A stretch of 64,000 bases of DNA, taken from the NCBI GenBank assembly GCA_951406725.2, contig OX597817.1, forward strand, positions 80,104,001-80,168,000, in the 5' to 3' direction. The position numbers and the translations under genes were made by a program. Below, one piece after another: positions 49,000 to 63,747 of this stretch. The notes beneath the pieces are model-generated. The model saw only the letters and a list, made by a program, of their open reading frames with translations. It had not been told where the DNA came from and ran no database searches. The stretch is from Octopus vulgaris (taxonomy: Eukaryota). Every line of letters starts with the position of its first letter. Positions within the stretch are counted from its first letter, which is position 1.

Positions 49000-50047
49000 C
49001 AAAACCCTTACCCAAAATCAAAAGTCCTTAATTCGTTTTATTTGATTAACATTTTTGCCAATTACATTTTACTATTTTGGGTGTGCTACAAATTCACCGC
49101 TTTTTCCTTAGGACTTTTTCTATTGCTCAAACTGATAATTTTCCACCATGCTTCGACGCAAAAGATCCAATATATGTCGGCAAACAAATGCTGTAACGAA
49201 AAGTAGACGTATGCATGCAAATGAATCTGCCGAGGATGCCACCAGGAAGAACTCTCTCAATGCACTCAGATGGCTTCAGCGCGAAGCGGGGAAAGTGAAG
49301 AGCAGCGTTGTGATCGGTTAGCACGTATTGCTGCGCAACGAGCCGCCCAGAGCAACGAGCAACGTTCAGCACGCCGAACAAGATATGCTTCCTCTACTGC
49401 TGCTGCACGAGCTACAGAGACTGAAGCACAACGCGCAGATCGACTTACAAGAAATGCTGCAGCAACTGCTGCTGCGCGCACAACGGAGACTACAGGGGAA
49501 AGACAACAATGACTGAAGGCTACAACTCAGCGAAGGGCTGCTTGGCGTTCCTACTCAAAGCCATGCTCCTCACGCTGGTCAATGACATCATTCAACTACG
49601 ATCTTACAATTGACTATAGTAATCACCCTGACGTTCAAATAGGCTGCATGTCCACAATCTGTCAATTTTGCGGAGCTAAAAAGTGACCTGGAGAAACTCC
49701 CAGCATGTGCTGCTCCCAGGGTAAGATTACAGTACCTCTTCTACAAGATCCTCCACCCCTTTTGGGTGATCTTTTGACAGGGGCGTCTCCTTATTCTCAT
49801 GACTTTCTCAGGCGGATACGTGCCTACAACTGCGCGTTCCAAATGACTTCCTTCGGCGCTAGCATCATACGAGATTGGCATTTCATGCCTTCCTTTAAAG
49901 TGCAGGGGCAAATTTACCATAGAATTGGTTCCATGCAGCTGCATGACGCTGCCTGGCCTCAGTTTCTTCAGCTCTACTTCGGGGGAGACTATGCTGACCA
50001 AGCATGCTTAACAAACAGCCCCGGGCAACGACGGATACGCCTGCTAG
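49000..50047 (+). mobile_element. Internally deleted Helitron (RepHel N-terminal relic plus 3' hairpin-CTAG end)
   Basis: CQFCGAKK*PGE...CCSQGKI...FLRRIRAYNCAFQMTSFG...FKVQGQIYHRIGS...PQFLQLYF, followed by ccccgggcaacgacggatacgcctgCTAG|t; 5' boundary uncertain. Confidence 0.8.
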
Positions 50048-50429
50048 TATAAGGGCATAGAAAAATTCTAGCCTGTATGCTGAAAATAGACGCTAAACCG
50101 TCCAGCCACTTTAAAAGTCATCACAAAGTTACACACGTGTTGAAATCGAGAGAACAGGCTAACGGAAATTCATAACAATATAGATGGCTCTGGATTGATC
50201 AATTTCGGACTTGCCTAATAGCTTTTCCTCGTCAGCAGAGCACAGTTAAGGGAAATAACTGAGATATTTATACATACCCACAGGAAAGTAAACGCAAAGC
50301 CATAACTACATAAAGATATCACAGATACATCCAACATCGAATTTTGTGTGCTGAGGTAAGCTACGAAATTCGATGTTGGATGTATCTGTGGTATTTATAC
50401 GTAATTATGCATATATATGTATGTATAGT

Positions 50430-50463
<34 letters not shown>

Positions 50464-51874
50464 TGTATGTATGTATATTTGTGTGTGTGTGTGTCTTCAG
50501 GTTTGTGTTTGTCCCCTTTAGACGTAAAAATAATTGCAAATATAAAAACAGGATTTTGTTAGGGATTGATGACGTCAGTGAGCAGCGAGCTATGCAAGTC
50601 CTTAGTAGGCATATTAAGAATTTATTTTTATCAGCAATTGACAGACTGGCGAAAGCACTATAGAGCCAGCAGAAGTTTAATTTATAAGAATCCCGGTTGT
50701 TATAAACAACATCGGAACGTCATTAACGATTTTGTCTTTCGCGCCTTTTATTTGACAGAACATTAGACTGGTAACTAACCAGTGGTCGTAACACAACTAA
50801 TAGCAATGGCTGTAGGAACTTACATCACTCAACGTTGGCTACAGAATGCAATGGCTACTACTATCCACTATTATTCCTGTCACATCACTCGCAGTCACAA
50901 AAGAACTGAATCACTTCGTGTAAATATATTTTTCCCTATCATCGTTATATAGCGACCTCTTTCTCGTTACTGCACATACATTTCACGGCACTTTCTGGAA
51001 AGAAAGTTTGATTGTTTACATCCTTAGAGAATTGTTTAGGGGAGTGTTATGGGACCACTAGTAAATTGTTATTCGATCAATTTAGTGGTTACCAATCAAA
51101 CACTGAGCCACATGCTATTTGTACACTATATGAAATTTTAAACTTTTAGCTTGCTATTGATGACGAAATTGGATTTCACTTAGTACAACTATTAACATTC
51201 GTTTGGTTTTTTTTTATTTTACATATTTCTCATGATCATTTACAACGGTTTTCTCATGCTTTTTGTATACAATTATACATGTATACCACATTATTCTTAT
51301 TCCACATAAACCACGTCAAGTGACTTTGTCACTCTTGTATATATATATATATATATATATACATACATATCCACATATATATATATATACACATATATTT
51401 ATACACATACATCTATTTGTGTTTGTATGTATGTATGTATGTATGTATGTATGTACGTACGTAAGTACTGGGCGGCCGTTATTAATATTGAAGTTTCCCA
51501 GTTTGAGGGGTTGTTAATAAGATTAGATAAAAGTTTACAATTAGGAGACGCCGACACTACAGAAGTTGGAAAATTTTTTTCACCTAATTAAAGCGCAGAA
51601 TTTCCAGAAAACCAATAGGCTGGTTTAAACGAAAGAAAAAAACAGCAAAAAAAAAACATAAAATATCCGAAGATACACAAAATGCCCCTTTCATATTTTT
51701 CAACTCAATTACGTTGCAAATTAAGGATGGCAGCATCAGTCCCATGTCAGAGTATATATATAAAAAACATGGAAAATATTTTTTGGATATAATATTAGCA
51801 TTCCAGTGCAGTAGAGTTTTTTTGCTTTGATTTGGTACAAAAATTAAATCTTCTGTCTATATTGATAGCAATAT

Positions 51875-51911
<37 letters not shown>

Positions 51912-52036
51912 TATATATATAATATACATACATATATATATATATATAATATACATGAGCGTCCAATAATACTTTATTTGTTCCACGTCCTCGCGTTGTT
52001 GTGTTTTTTTGTTTTTTTGTGTTTTCTTGTTTGGAT

Positions 52037-52039
<3 letters not shown>

Positions 52040-52099
<60 letters not shown>

Positions 52100-52485
52100 A
52101 TTATATGTATATTATATATATATATATGTATATTATATATATATATATGTATATTATATATATATATATGTATATTATATATATATATATGTATTATATA
52201 TATATATATGTATATTATATATATATATATGTATATTATATATGTATGTATATTATATATATATGTATGTATATTATATATATATGTATGTATATTATAT
52301 ATATATGTATGTATATTATATATATATGTATGTATATTATATATATATGTATGTATATTATATATTTTTGTATGTATATTATATATTTTTTTTATGTATA
52401 TTATATATCTATGTATGTATATTATATATCTATGTATGTATATTATATATATATGTATATGTATTATATATATATATATATATAC
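52040..52485. repeat. Degenerate (TA)n with a ~21-bp higher-order period (tatgtatattatatatatatg)
   Basis: Direct observation. Confidence 0.85.
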
Positions 52486-53739
52486 ATGCGCGTGCGCAGG
52501 TATGTCTACACACAACATATATGTCTATAAATTGGCTTTTAAAAAAAGGCATACTGAAAAAATGTCAGGAAAGCACGTAGCTTTGTACATCTTCATAAAT
52601 AAACTAATTGAACCCTACTTGATCTAGCCTACATAATGCTTGGCCTGATTAAATTTGCTATGGGTAAATTAGTTTATTTATCAAAATATACAAAATAGTT
52701 ACAGTAGAAATACTTTTTCTGTATTGTTTCTGATTGAGGCACAATGCCAGCAATTTTGAAGGGCGTGAGTTAGTCAATACCATCGACCCTAGTACTTGAC
52801 TGGTTCTTTATTTCATCAACCCTGAAAGATTAAATTTGACTCCAGCAGGATTTGAACTCAGAATGTCAACATTCGGAGCAAATATTACAAATCATAATTT
52901 TCAAAGCACTAACTATCCAACCAGCTCGCTGCCGTTTTGTATTTTTTTATATTCATAAGAAGCATAGACACAACTTGCACCTGCGCGTCAAACGCTCCAT
53001 TGTGAAGAATCTAAAATAATATTTAAAAAAGCATTTTTTCAATCATGTCCAACCTGGAGCTCATTAAATCCGTAATTGTAATAAAATCATTCTGTAACTT
53101 CAGTAATACTGGTGCAAGATATTGTAAATTCAACGGGCAACTTTTGACTGTTCGTGAAATCAGACTGTATTACGAATCAGTCACCCATACTCAAAATCTG
53201 TGAAAAGTCATGGAGACGTCATGGCGATGTCTGTGGATAAAGATTTATTCTCAGGAAAATCACCCTTTTAAAACAAAAGCAAAACAATGAAATAGACAAT
53301 ATATATCTTTTAGAAATTAAATAATTAAAGTAAATTGAATATGAAACGCACCTATAACAATATCATTTACTAGTTAAGCATTTTGCTTCTTATCAAGCTC
53401 AGGCCATCGACGACTTTTCTTCACTGATTTTGCCTCTATATTTTATTGGTTTCTTGTTGGTTTCAAAACCAACAAGACCAGTTCAAGTTTTGTTGGTTTT
53501 GAGTTTTTTTTTTAGGTAGGAGTGTTGGCCCTACGCAAACCCATTTCTACTTCTGAAAATAGGTAATCTATATAACTGTGGTCTTTATCCTTTGACCTAT
53601 CCAGCGCTCAGATGGCATAGTTTTAAATGTCATGGCCACACACAAACTATTCCCAGTAACAAGGATTAGAGGCTGTGGTGGAAAAACAAGAGTATTACTA
53701 TTATTGCATCATTTCAAGACCCCCTTCCGCTTCTAAATT

Positions 53740-54053
53740 CAGTTGCCCATTTTCAGACTGTTGATAAATCTGGAACGTCATCCCCTAATGCAACCATGTC
53801 CGCATAAATATCATTGGGAGCTAAATCTTTTTTCAGCAGTCACTTGATAACACCATGGCACCAAATTTTGTCCATTTTTAAGAGAAGTCGCTGTTGGCTA
53901 CATTTGAAATCTTTGAACAGTCAGAGATCAGTTTACATGGAACGAAACAATGTAGTTATTAATAAGAAGGGTTGAAATTAATGGATGCAAGATTTCACAG
54001 CTCTAGCATCACTCCTTCGTAGTCAGCCTATGAACTTTTCAGCACACCCTCGT
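53740..54053 (-). mobile_element. mariner-like transposon 5' fragment
   Basis: The minus strand starts TACGAGGGTGTGCTGAAAAGTTC (mariner-type TIR start), followed by a degenerate transposase N-terminus (MDKIWCHGVIK...). Confidence 0.55.
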
Positions 54054-54299
54054 AATTTATATTCAAACAATGTAGTCACTATCAGGAGGAAAGTGTTGAC
54101 TATTCTGATTGCAATTGCTTCTCTATAATATGACAGAAGCATATAACTTAATCCACCGTACTATGTCCAGTTTCCACTTTGAGACATTAGAAAAATTACT
54201 AATCATCAATTAGTGTAATCAGTCAACCTAAATAACAGTTTTCTGATCGACTGCTTTTATATACACCTTTAGGTTCCTATCCTATTTGTGGCATTAAAC

Positions 54300-54592
54300 C
54301 AGTGATTTCCAAAGTGGGTGGTATTGCCCTCTCCCATCCCTGGGCGGCTGAAAAACCAAGCGGGTCGTTTAAGAAAAGTGAGGCGATAATAGGGTAGCGA
54401 AAAGGGGGCGATGGATGTAGCCCACCCCACAATAATGGGCTAATTAGGCTAAGTTTTATTTGTGAAATACTGTTGTTTTGAATCTGTTGCAAAAAACGGT
54501 CGACGTTTGTAGTACTGAGTGGGGGTGGAGGGCGCTAGGAATGTGGCTCGATGTCAAGGGGGTGGCACCCCAAAAAAGCTTGGGAAGCAATG
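54300..54592. mobile_element. hAT (Charlie-type) MITE
   Basis: Termini CAGTGATTTCCAA / TTGGGAAGCAATG; 8-bp flanks cattaaac / ccttaaac (7 of 8 match). Confidence 0.65.
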
Positions 54593-54981
54593 CCTTAAAC
54601 CATAATTCGGATATTGAAAATACAATTGATTTAGATTTCAATGAAACACACCGGGTTAAAAAATATACAGAATGTCGCATATCAATTATCCTGTTTGTAT
54701 AGGTATTAAGGACTCCTTCAGTGAGAGAAATGGTCTGTTCGGTTCATATGAAAAATAAAGAGATCATAGGGCCAAAAATTAAAAAAAACATGCAAGAAAG
54801 TACCTGAAACACCACATGGTTAGTAACTGTTGTCCATGTAAACTAATATGAGAGAAAATGGCAATGATATTGTAAGTTTTTAGGGAAAGGGTTGTCAGAT
54901 ATTCAAGAACCTCTCTTTGACTCTCTTGCATGTTCTGCATACGCAAATCATAATCCATTCTTATACAGTGATTATATAAAG

Positions 54982-55425
54982 CAGCGAGTTAGCAGAATCT
55001 TTGACATCCCGAGTAAAATACTAAGCAGCATTTTGTCCGTCTTCACGTTGTGAGTTCAAATTCCACCGAGGTTGACTTTGCCTTTCATCTCTTTCGGGGT
55101 CGATAAAATAAGTACCAGTTGAGTACTGGGGTCGATGTAATCGACTACCCCCTCCCCAAAATTTCAGACCATGAGCCTATAGTAGAATGGATTATTAGTA
55201 GTTATATTACGGCGGCGAGCTGGCAGAATCTTCAGCATGCCAGGTAAAAAGCTTAGCGGCATTTCATCCATCTTTACGTTCTGAGTTCAAATTCTGCCGC
55301 GGTTGACTTTGTCTTTCATTTCTTTCGGGGTCAATAAAATAAGTACCATTCGAGTACTAGGGTCAATGTAATCGACTTACTCCCTCTCCCGAAATTGTTG
55401 GCCTTGTGCCAAAATTTGAAACAGT
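54982..55425 (+). mobile_element. Two tandem SINE family 2 (short-tail) copies
   Basis: gcgagctggcagaatc...gagttcaaattc...ggggtc.ataaaataagtacca occurs twice. Confidence 0.75.
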
Positions 55426-55949
55426 TATTAGCGGTTGTATTTATTTCTCTTACATGATACAAACTGTTGCAGTTTGGCTAACAGTCAAAAGAAATGACAC
55501 TTAAAGTAATTGAGTTCAAAATATGCTTGACCCATTGTTTTTTTCTATTGATATTTTCGTTTAATCCCCAGCTCTGCCCTAACACAACAGCATTATAATC
55601 AGAGTTCCAACCGTGTCTATCCAATAGCACATATTACGGTGCAATTCTTCTATGACTACACTATCCAGTGTACACTTACTTCATCTTTTAAGACACTAAG
55701 GTGTTCAGTGCCTGTTATTTCTAGCAGATCAAACGAGTCACAAATAACAAGTTTGCAGCAAAGATAAAATTTAGATTGAAGAGAAATGAATAAAAGAGTT
55801 TTAGTCAATCACTTACTCTTCAGATAAAATTTATTTCAGAGTTCATCTTTTAAAAGTTTAACACATATATGCATACGCTATTGAAAGTACACTAATCTGT
55901 GGAATAAATGTAATGCCAACAACTCTATTCTTTGCGTGTTGTATATATT

Positions 55950-56027
<78 letters not shown>

Positions 56028-56162
56028 TGTATGTATGTATGTTTGTATGTATATATTTAAGATTAATATTAGGGAAGTTATTTCCGAGTCCACAGGGGAG
56101 AGAAGTTCAATTTAGTGGTACTAAAATGAATTACTCACTGTATTATATACATATATATAGAG

Positions 56163-56412
56163 AGAGAGGTTTAAGAGACAGAATCACCCTCAAGCAACTC
56201 AATTGTCGTTGAACGACATTATCCATGATAGGTCCATATAGGACTAAATATTAAAATTATTAAAATTAATACCTTCAATTCTAATTCTAAATCATATACT
56301 TTACATTATATAGACTACGCGCGTTTCATGACAACGTACTTTCCTATCGTGAATAATGTCGTTCAATGATGATTGAGTTGCTTGAGGGTGATTCTGTCTC
56401 TCAAACCTATCT
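56163..56412. repeat. Inverted repeat with ~70-bp arms
   Basis: aggtttaagagacagaatcaccctcaagcaactcaat... versus ...attgagttgcttgagggtgattctgtctctcaaacct. Confidence 0.75.
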
Positions 56413-56997
56413 ATCTATCTATCTATTTATCCATATATATATAGTAGAATAATACTATAAGGGTACAGTATTATATATATTTGAAAGAATGAGCAGAGAT
56501 GGGTTTGTTGAGGCGATCATTTTTATTTTAATCATCTTAATAATAGTGTTCACAGTGAGTTACTCTGAAACGAGATTCAAGCTTTCAAGTAGCCGTTTTC
56601 AAACTGAAGAATGAATGTTTTACTGGTTGCTTAAATAGCAACAAAACTTTTCTTTTTTCTTTTCTTTTTTTTTTTGTATGTACATAAGCCGTATTTAACT
56701 CCTGCAAAAATACGGGTTATAGACCAACAAATGAAAAATACAAAATAAAACTCCACTGTCAATAGCGTATTGGTTCAATTTTGAGATTAAAGCAGTAAAA
56801 GAGCATATTCCTCATCCTCTGCACAATATTCACAGAAACATAGTCACGACCCGTATTTTAGCAGAAGCTGAAGGTGGTTTTATAACGGTATTTTGGTGTA
56901 TTCTTACAACATGCTAGAGCAGGATTTTTTCCTCTTCACTTATATAATTATATAATTTATATATATATATATAATCATTATTTTAGTATGTATATAA

Positions 56998-57045
<48 letters not shown>

Positions 57046-57377
57046 TGGTGCCCCAGCATGGCCGCGGCCTTCGGGCTAAAACATTTTAAAGGATTTTTTT
57101 AAAGGATTTATATATATATATATGTGTGTATGTATGTATGTCTGTACATATATATATATATATATGAAATATATATTCATATAAATAGACGTGCGCATGC
57201 ATGTGTATGTATTTTTATATATAGAATACGTATGAGGCACTATTGTATTTTGTATATTGTATATACAGTGCTCCCCTGAAATCATTTACCGCAACAATAT
57301 CATTAGAATAAAGCACGTACGCACACAAACAGTTGCATTGGCAAGCTCACATCCATTCACACAGGCATATATACAAA

Positions 57378-57434
<57 letters not shown>

Positions 57435-57559
57435 CTATTTTTCCCTTTCACGATCCCTTTTGATCGAAAACCAAAACCCCTTTTTTTATTCCCAAAAAGA
57501 AAAGTTCTACTTTGTAATTTGTCCCGTCTGTGTGCAGCCCTGTGTGGCTAATAAAGAAA

Positions 57560-57960
<401 letters not shown>

Positions 57961-58303
57961 GTATTGTCCCAGAGTCGGGGTTAAATAACAATGTCCAAAA
58001 AAAAAAATAACAATGGGTCAGGCGTAGTTTGAACTCGTTTATTTTAGCTAAACGAAGATTTGAACTCATGACTTGACAGTGAGAATCTCCAGCTTATAGC
58101 TATTTCCCATCTTTATCAATCATCTTCAAAATGATACTTTCATTCATTCACTAGCAGCGAAAGACCTACAACAATCAAAATAACAAACTTTGTTTCATTT
58201 TCAAAAATAATGTAACACGGTACATTTTTTTTTTTTGTTAAGTGTATTTCTACAAACGTTTTATTTTATTCCAAAGTAAATAATCTACTATGGAAAGAAA
58301 GAC

Positions 58304-58334
<31 letters not shown>

Positions 58335-58958
58335 AAAATGAAAGAAAGAAAGGGAGAAGTAAAGGAAGAAATAAAAGAAAGGAATGGAAAAACATCTAAA
58401 GAAAAAGAGATAGACAGAGATAAAATAGAAGTTTTCTCAAATTGTCTTAACGGAACTAAAAGCAAAGTTTTCCGAGAATCGGAAGGTATGTAATGAGGAA
58501 ATTAAACTTAACTCTAAAGATGATTCTTGAAATAGCATCGGATTCTTTGAGATTAATACGCAATCTTAGATCATTGCCAATTTCGCCGCAGCTTGACAGC
58601 AGTTGTTTCAACTAGATTCTATTTTCGGGATATGCAAGGAATTTTTGCTTTGTTTGTTTGGATATTTCTTTAAAAAAATAATTAATTGTTTTATAATTAA
58701 AGAAGCTTTTGATCACAATAATTATGCATACTGGTATATATATATATATATGTATGTATCTATGTATGTATATATGTATGTATGAAGTATAATCTCGATT
58801 GCAGACGCTTAGGGAAGAATATATATATACATGTGTATATGTGCATTTATATTTAAGCATGTATACGTGAGTTAATTTTTCTGTATATAGATATGCATGT
58901 GTATATGTGTGAGCGTGTGTGAGTGTCAATAATTATGTATGCTGAGATACACAATTAC

Positions 58959-59004
<46 letters not shown>

Positions 59005-59022
59005 TATAAGAGAGTTACCAAT

Positions 59023-59136
<114 letters not shown>

Positions 59137-59440
59137 ATGGGTAGATGGAGATATAAATAGGTAGATAGATACACAAACAAACACAAAACTAAGAGGAATA
59201 GATAGACTGATAGTTAAATAACATTATATATATATATGTATGTGTGTGTGTATGCATGTCTATGTATATATGTATATGTATGTATGTATGCATATGTATG
59301 TGTATATGCATGTATTTATAAGTATGTATATATAAATATACATCATATCGCTTAAAGTTTTGTGGGCGTAGGATACGTCCACCTCATCAGCTGTTCGGAG
59401 GGCGTGTGTGGTGAATTCTATTTCATTCGTTGGTTCATTG

Positions 59441-59480
<40 letters not shown>

Positions 59481-59571
59481 ATACAGAAAGTGAAAGAGAG
59501 ACAGAGATAGCGAGACAGATTGATATATAAAATATATATATTTACATATGTGTAATAATAAATATATATGC

Positions 59572-59608
<37 letters not shown>

Positions 59609-60049
59609 TAAACATATAGGCTGAGAAAGTTTTTGCAAAAAATAATTGAAACACTCACAGTATTAGCTGAAAGATTTTCTTTTAAAAAAATATCAACACT
59701 ATTTAGAAAATTCAAAAAACAGAATGACATGAAAGTTTTCAAACTGTGAAAGCGCTTTTGTTGACTCCATAGTACGTGTGTTTGAAAACCTAATCGAAAG
59801 AGCTTACACTCAATATGAAAATTTCCCTTTCAAAAGATCCATGTGAGCTTAGTTTCTCTTTAAATTTTTTGGTATGTAATAAATAATTTTTATCATAAAA
59901 AATGTTTGTTCGAGTGTGTGTGTGTGTGTGTGAATATATACGCATTAAAATACATACGTAAAGTCAGATGTTCATGTATGTGTGAGAAAGATGAATTTGC
60001 GTATAGTTTGACAGATTTAGTGAACAGAGCAGAGAGATCTGGTCAATAT

Positions 60050-60101
<52 letters not shown>

Positions 60102-60949
60102 TAGACAAACAGGCAAGCATACAGGTTTAAAGAGAGCGAGAGAGAGAGAGAGAGGGAGAGAGTAATAATGAAAGAGACAGAAACAGACAGACGACCGGAG
60201 TGACAGATATCAAAACTAGGAGACAAAAAAGGGGCATGGAAAACGAGAACATAGTTACTATAAGTATAGATAGATAGATAGATAGATAGAGAAAGAGAAA
60301 GAGAAAGAGAAATAGAGAGAGAGAGAGGAGAGAGAGGGAGATTATAATATTAACTTTTCCACTGTGCATCATGTTACCAAATGGAAAGTGCAGCTAAAGT
60401 GTCTAATGACATGTATATCACAAGAAAGCAATATTATTTTGATAAATTTAGTAATAATATTTAATACTTTTACGGAGATGTACTTGCATAGCAAGTGACC
60501 TGATCTGAGATGATGTGCTGAAAAGAAAACAATTGCAGCGTGGAAGGTATTTGTACGCCATTTAAAAACACACAAAAACCGTTAGATTCATTTCAACATT
60601 TAAATTTAATTTGCCAAAATATTTTCGACGCTTTGAGACCGCAACCTGTTTACTGACAATGAAGAGGGTCTTGTTACAGCCTCGAGTTTCTCAATGTCTT
60701 CACAGCTACTGCCCCTGAGATTCCTCTTCAGCTTTGGGGACATTAAAGTCAAATGGAGCAACGTCTAGGCTCTAGGAAAGGGGATGGACAATTTTGGTGT
60801 TCACCTCTGGAATCAGAAGGGAACTGTTACAAGCAGTATTTAATAGGGTGTGTTCAAATGCTTTTACAACCGTTTCCTTCCATCTGAAATAAAAAAAAGT
60901 TGGCTAGTCAGCTTATGAGACATAAAGCAATGATATAACAACGATAAAC

Positions 60950-61092
60950 GTCGCCCTTTTCAAGCCTAGCCAGGCTCATGAGCCCGGTTTCCCGGTTTCT
61001 GTGGCGTATGTGTTCCTCTCAGCTGGACGGGACGCCAGTCCATCGCAGCGTTACTCAAGGAACAGGAAGAGAGAATGAGAGAAAGTTGTGGC
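60950..61092 (-). mobile_element. SINE family 3, 3' fragment
   Basis: Reverse complement of ~43480-43620. Confidence 0.7.
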
Positions 61093-61895
61093 GATGATAT
61101 ACTAAAATTACAATTATCAAGAACATTTATAACTGCCTCTCCTAAACAAATATTCATTTAAAATTTCTGGAAAATTTCTCACAAGGCCTGAGTTTAATTC
61201 AAGTTTCTGTGGCGTATAAGTGACTGAGATTATAGGACTCACTCCTGAACTCACTCCACGATCCGTCGAGGGGGTTAACCAATTACGGCTGAGTAAACTG
61301 GTACAACATGAAGTAAAGGCGTTCATCATAATGCACGACTTGATAAGGGAATCAAAATCACTATCATGAGTGCGACCATTATGCTGTATGCCTGTACCAG
61401 ACTGCACAGTGCATGCATATGGCAGGATATATAAGAAAAATGTGAAGGGTAAAGAAACTTTCGACTAAAATGGCAGGTACATGTGTCAGAGGTTTTGAAA
61501 CGGTGTGTGGAGCACAAATATCAGCTAAGATTCAGTCTAAGCTCTAGGAAAGGTGATGGACGCTTTGGTGTCCCCCTCTGTCAAAATGTTGGAATCAGAA
61601 GAGAACTGCTACATGCAGTATTTAGTAGGGTGGGTTCAAATGCTTTTACAACCGTTTCTTTTCATCTCATATTTCGGCTTTGTAAGATAGCTCGAGAAAG
61701 TTTTATGATCCCCAGACGTGTGATTTATCTTCAGCCATCTCTGAAGACTATATGGATTTGACAACCGCCTAATTATCTAATATCCAACGTGAAACCGATT
61801 GTAAGATCGTCTATAATGCATCTATAATACTGTATACTTTGTTTAATACAAATGCACACATGCATATATAATTATATATATATATATATATATAA

Positions 61896-63138
61896 ATATT
61901 GTTATATTTCGGAATGGTCATATTGCCAGTTTAGCCAATAAAAACACACGCACTATATATTTGGTGTTATTTTGCTTCAGTGATATTTATTTTTTACATT
62001 AATCTTAATCTTATTTCGGCCAAAGTTATTTCGTCACACTCCTGTGACCGCATCAGTGGTCCTTTGTTTTCTTCTCACTTACTTGTGTCTCTCCTTACTA
62101 ACCGTCAGCCATTTTGTATTTCTATTGTATGTCTTCATAGAAATGTGGTCTATAGTATAAGATGTATAGAGGGACGATGCAGTAACAAGACAGTAACATA
62201 CGTAGGGGAAACTGCAAGAAGCATTGGTGAGCGGGTGAATGAACATTGGAGACAACTCAAGGAAGGTAAAAGCTCATCGATTCTGTACCAACACGCCGAA
62301 CAAGAACACGGGGGATCAATCAATAACATAGAGATTAAGATATTGTCCACACATAGAACAGATGCAACAATTAGACAAATTACAGAAGCTACACATATAA
62401 TAGAAAATAAACCTAGCCTGAATAGAAAACTAGAATGGAGCAATAGCGCACACCACAACATATGACAATAGTGGATCCTGCAAACATAATAAATACACAG
62501 GTAATTAAAGAAATAGAAATGAATATCTATATATATGTATATGTGGTGTATATATATGTATATGTATATGTGTATATATGTGTGTATATATGTATATATA
62601 TGTATATGTATGTATATATATATATATGTATATGTATATTCTTTTTTTTTTTTTTCTCGATTAGATTTATTATTATTATTACTAATATTGTTGTTATACA
62701 TACATACAAGCATATGTAATGATAATAATGGGTGGATGTAAACACATGAACAAAATTAGAACAAAAGCAACAACACCAAAAGCAAAATACAAATTACAAG
62801 AATGTATATAACCAGAAGATACAAATATTACAGGCATCCCCCCCACACACACACTAAATAAACATAGACGCACATAGAGATATAAGCATGCGCAAATGAA
62901 GACATACAATAGAAATACAAAATGGCTGACGGTTAGTAAGGAGAGACACAAGTAAGTGAGAAGAAAACAAAGGACCACTGATGCGGTCACAGGAGTGTGA
63001 CGAAAGAACTTTGGCCGAAATAAGATTAAGATTAATGTAAAAAATAAATATCACTGAAGCAAAATAACACCAAATATATAGTGTGTGTGTTTTTATTGGC
63101 TAAACTGGCAATATGACCATTCCGAAATATAACAATAT
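61896..63138 (+). mobile_element. 5'-truncated Penelope-like element: inverted pseudo-LTRs around a GIY-YIG fragment
   Basis: 243-bp inverted repeats at 61896-62138 and 62896-63138; NVVYSIRC...YVGETARSIGERVNEH...EATHIIENKPSLN (GIY-YIG) at ~62140-62465. Confidence 0.85.
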
Positions 63139-63704
63139 CTGTTTCAACACACGACTTCACATAAAAAATCTTGCACAACAAATATTTAAACGTATATATA
63201 AATATATATATATATATATTCACACACACACATACACACATATATATACACCCATATATGTGCACACACGGACACACACACACATACGGACACACAAACA
63301 ACCACATACATGCAGCATAAATTATGAAAATTAACCGAAAAATATACGAAATACAACCAAAGAGTTCATAAAGGCTTAGCAGATTTTGAAAATGGAATGC
63401 ATTTCTTATTTACTTATTTGTTTGTGTTTACGTATTTATATTTATTTATTTCTATATATACTCTTCATCCGATCTTTCACCTCTCGTTCGCCCTCTTTTC
63501 AGTTCACAGAACATTAAACCCGTGTGCCATACAAATAAGAATAACCGAGCTATCAAGCTACACAAATAATGTCACACCAATATACACATACTAATGCACA
63601 CATAAGCATGTATGCACACATAGACATTTAAAGAGAGAGGCACATATATATATGCATACGTACACATCTAAACATCCATCCATACATACATATATACACA
63701 CGTG

Positions 63705-63745
<41 letters not shown>

Positions 63746-63747
63746 TA

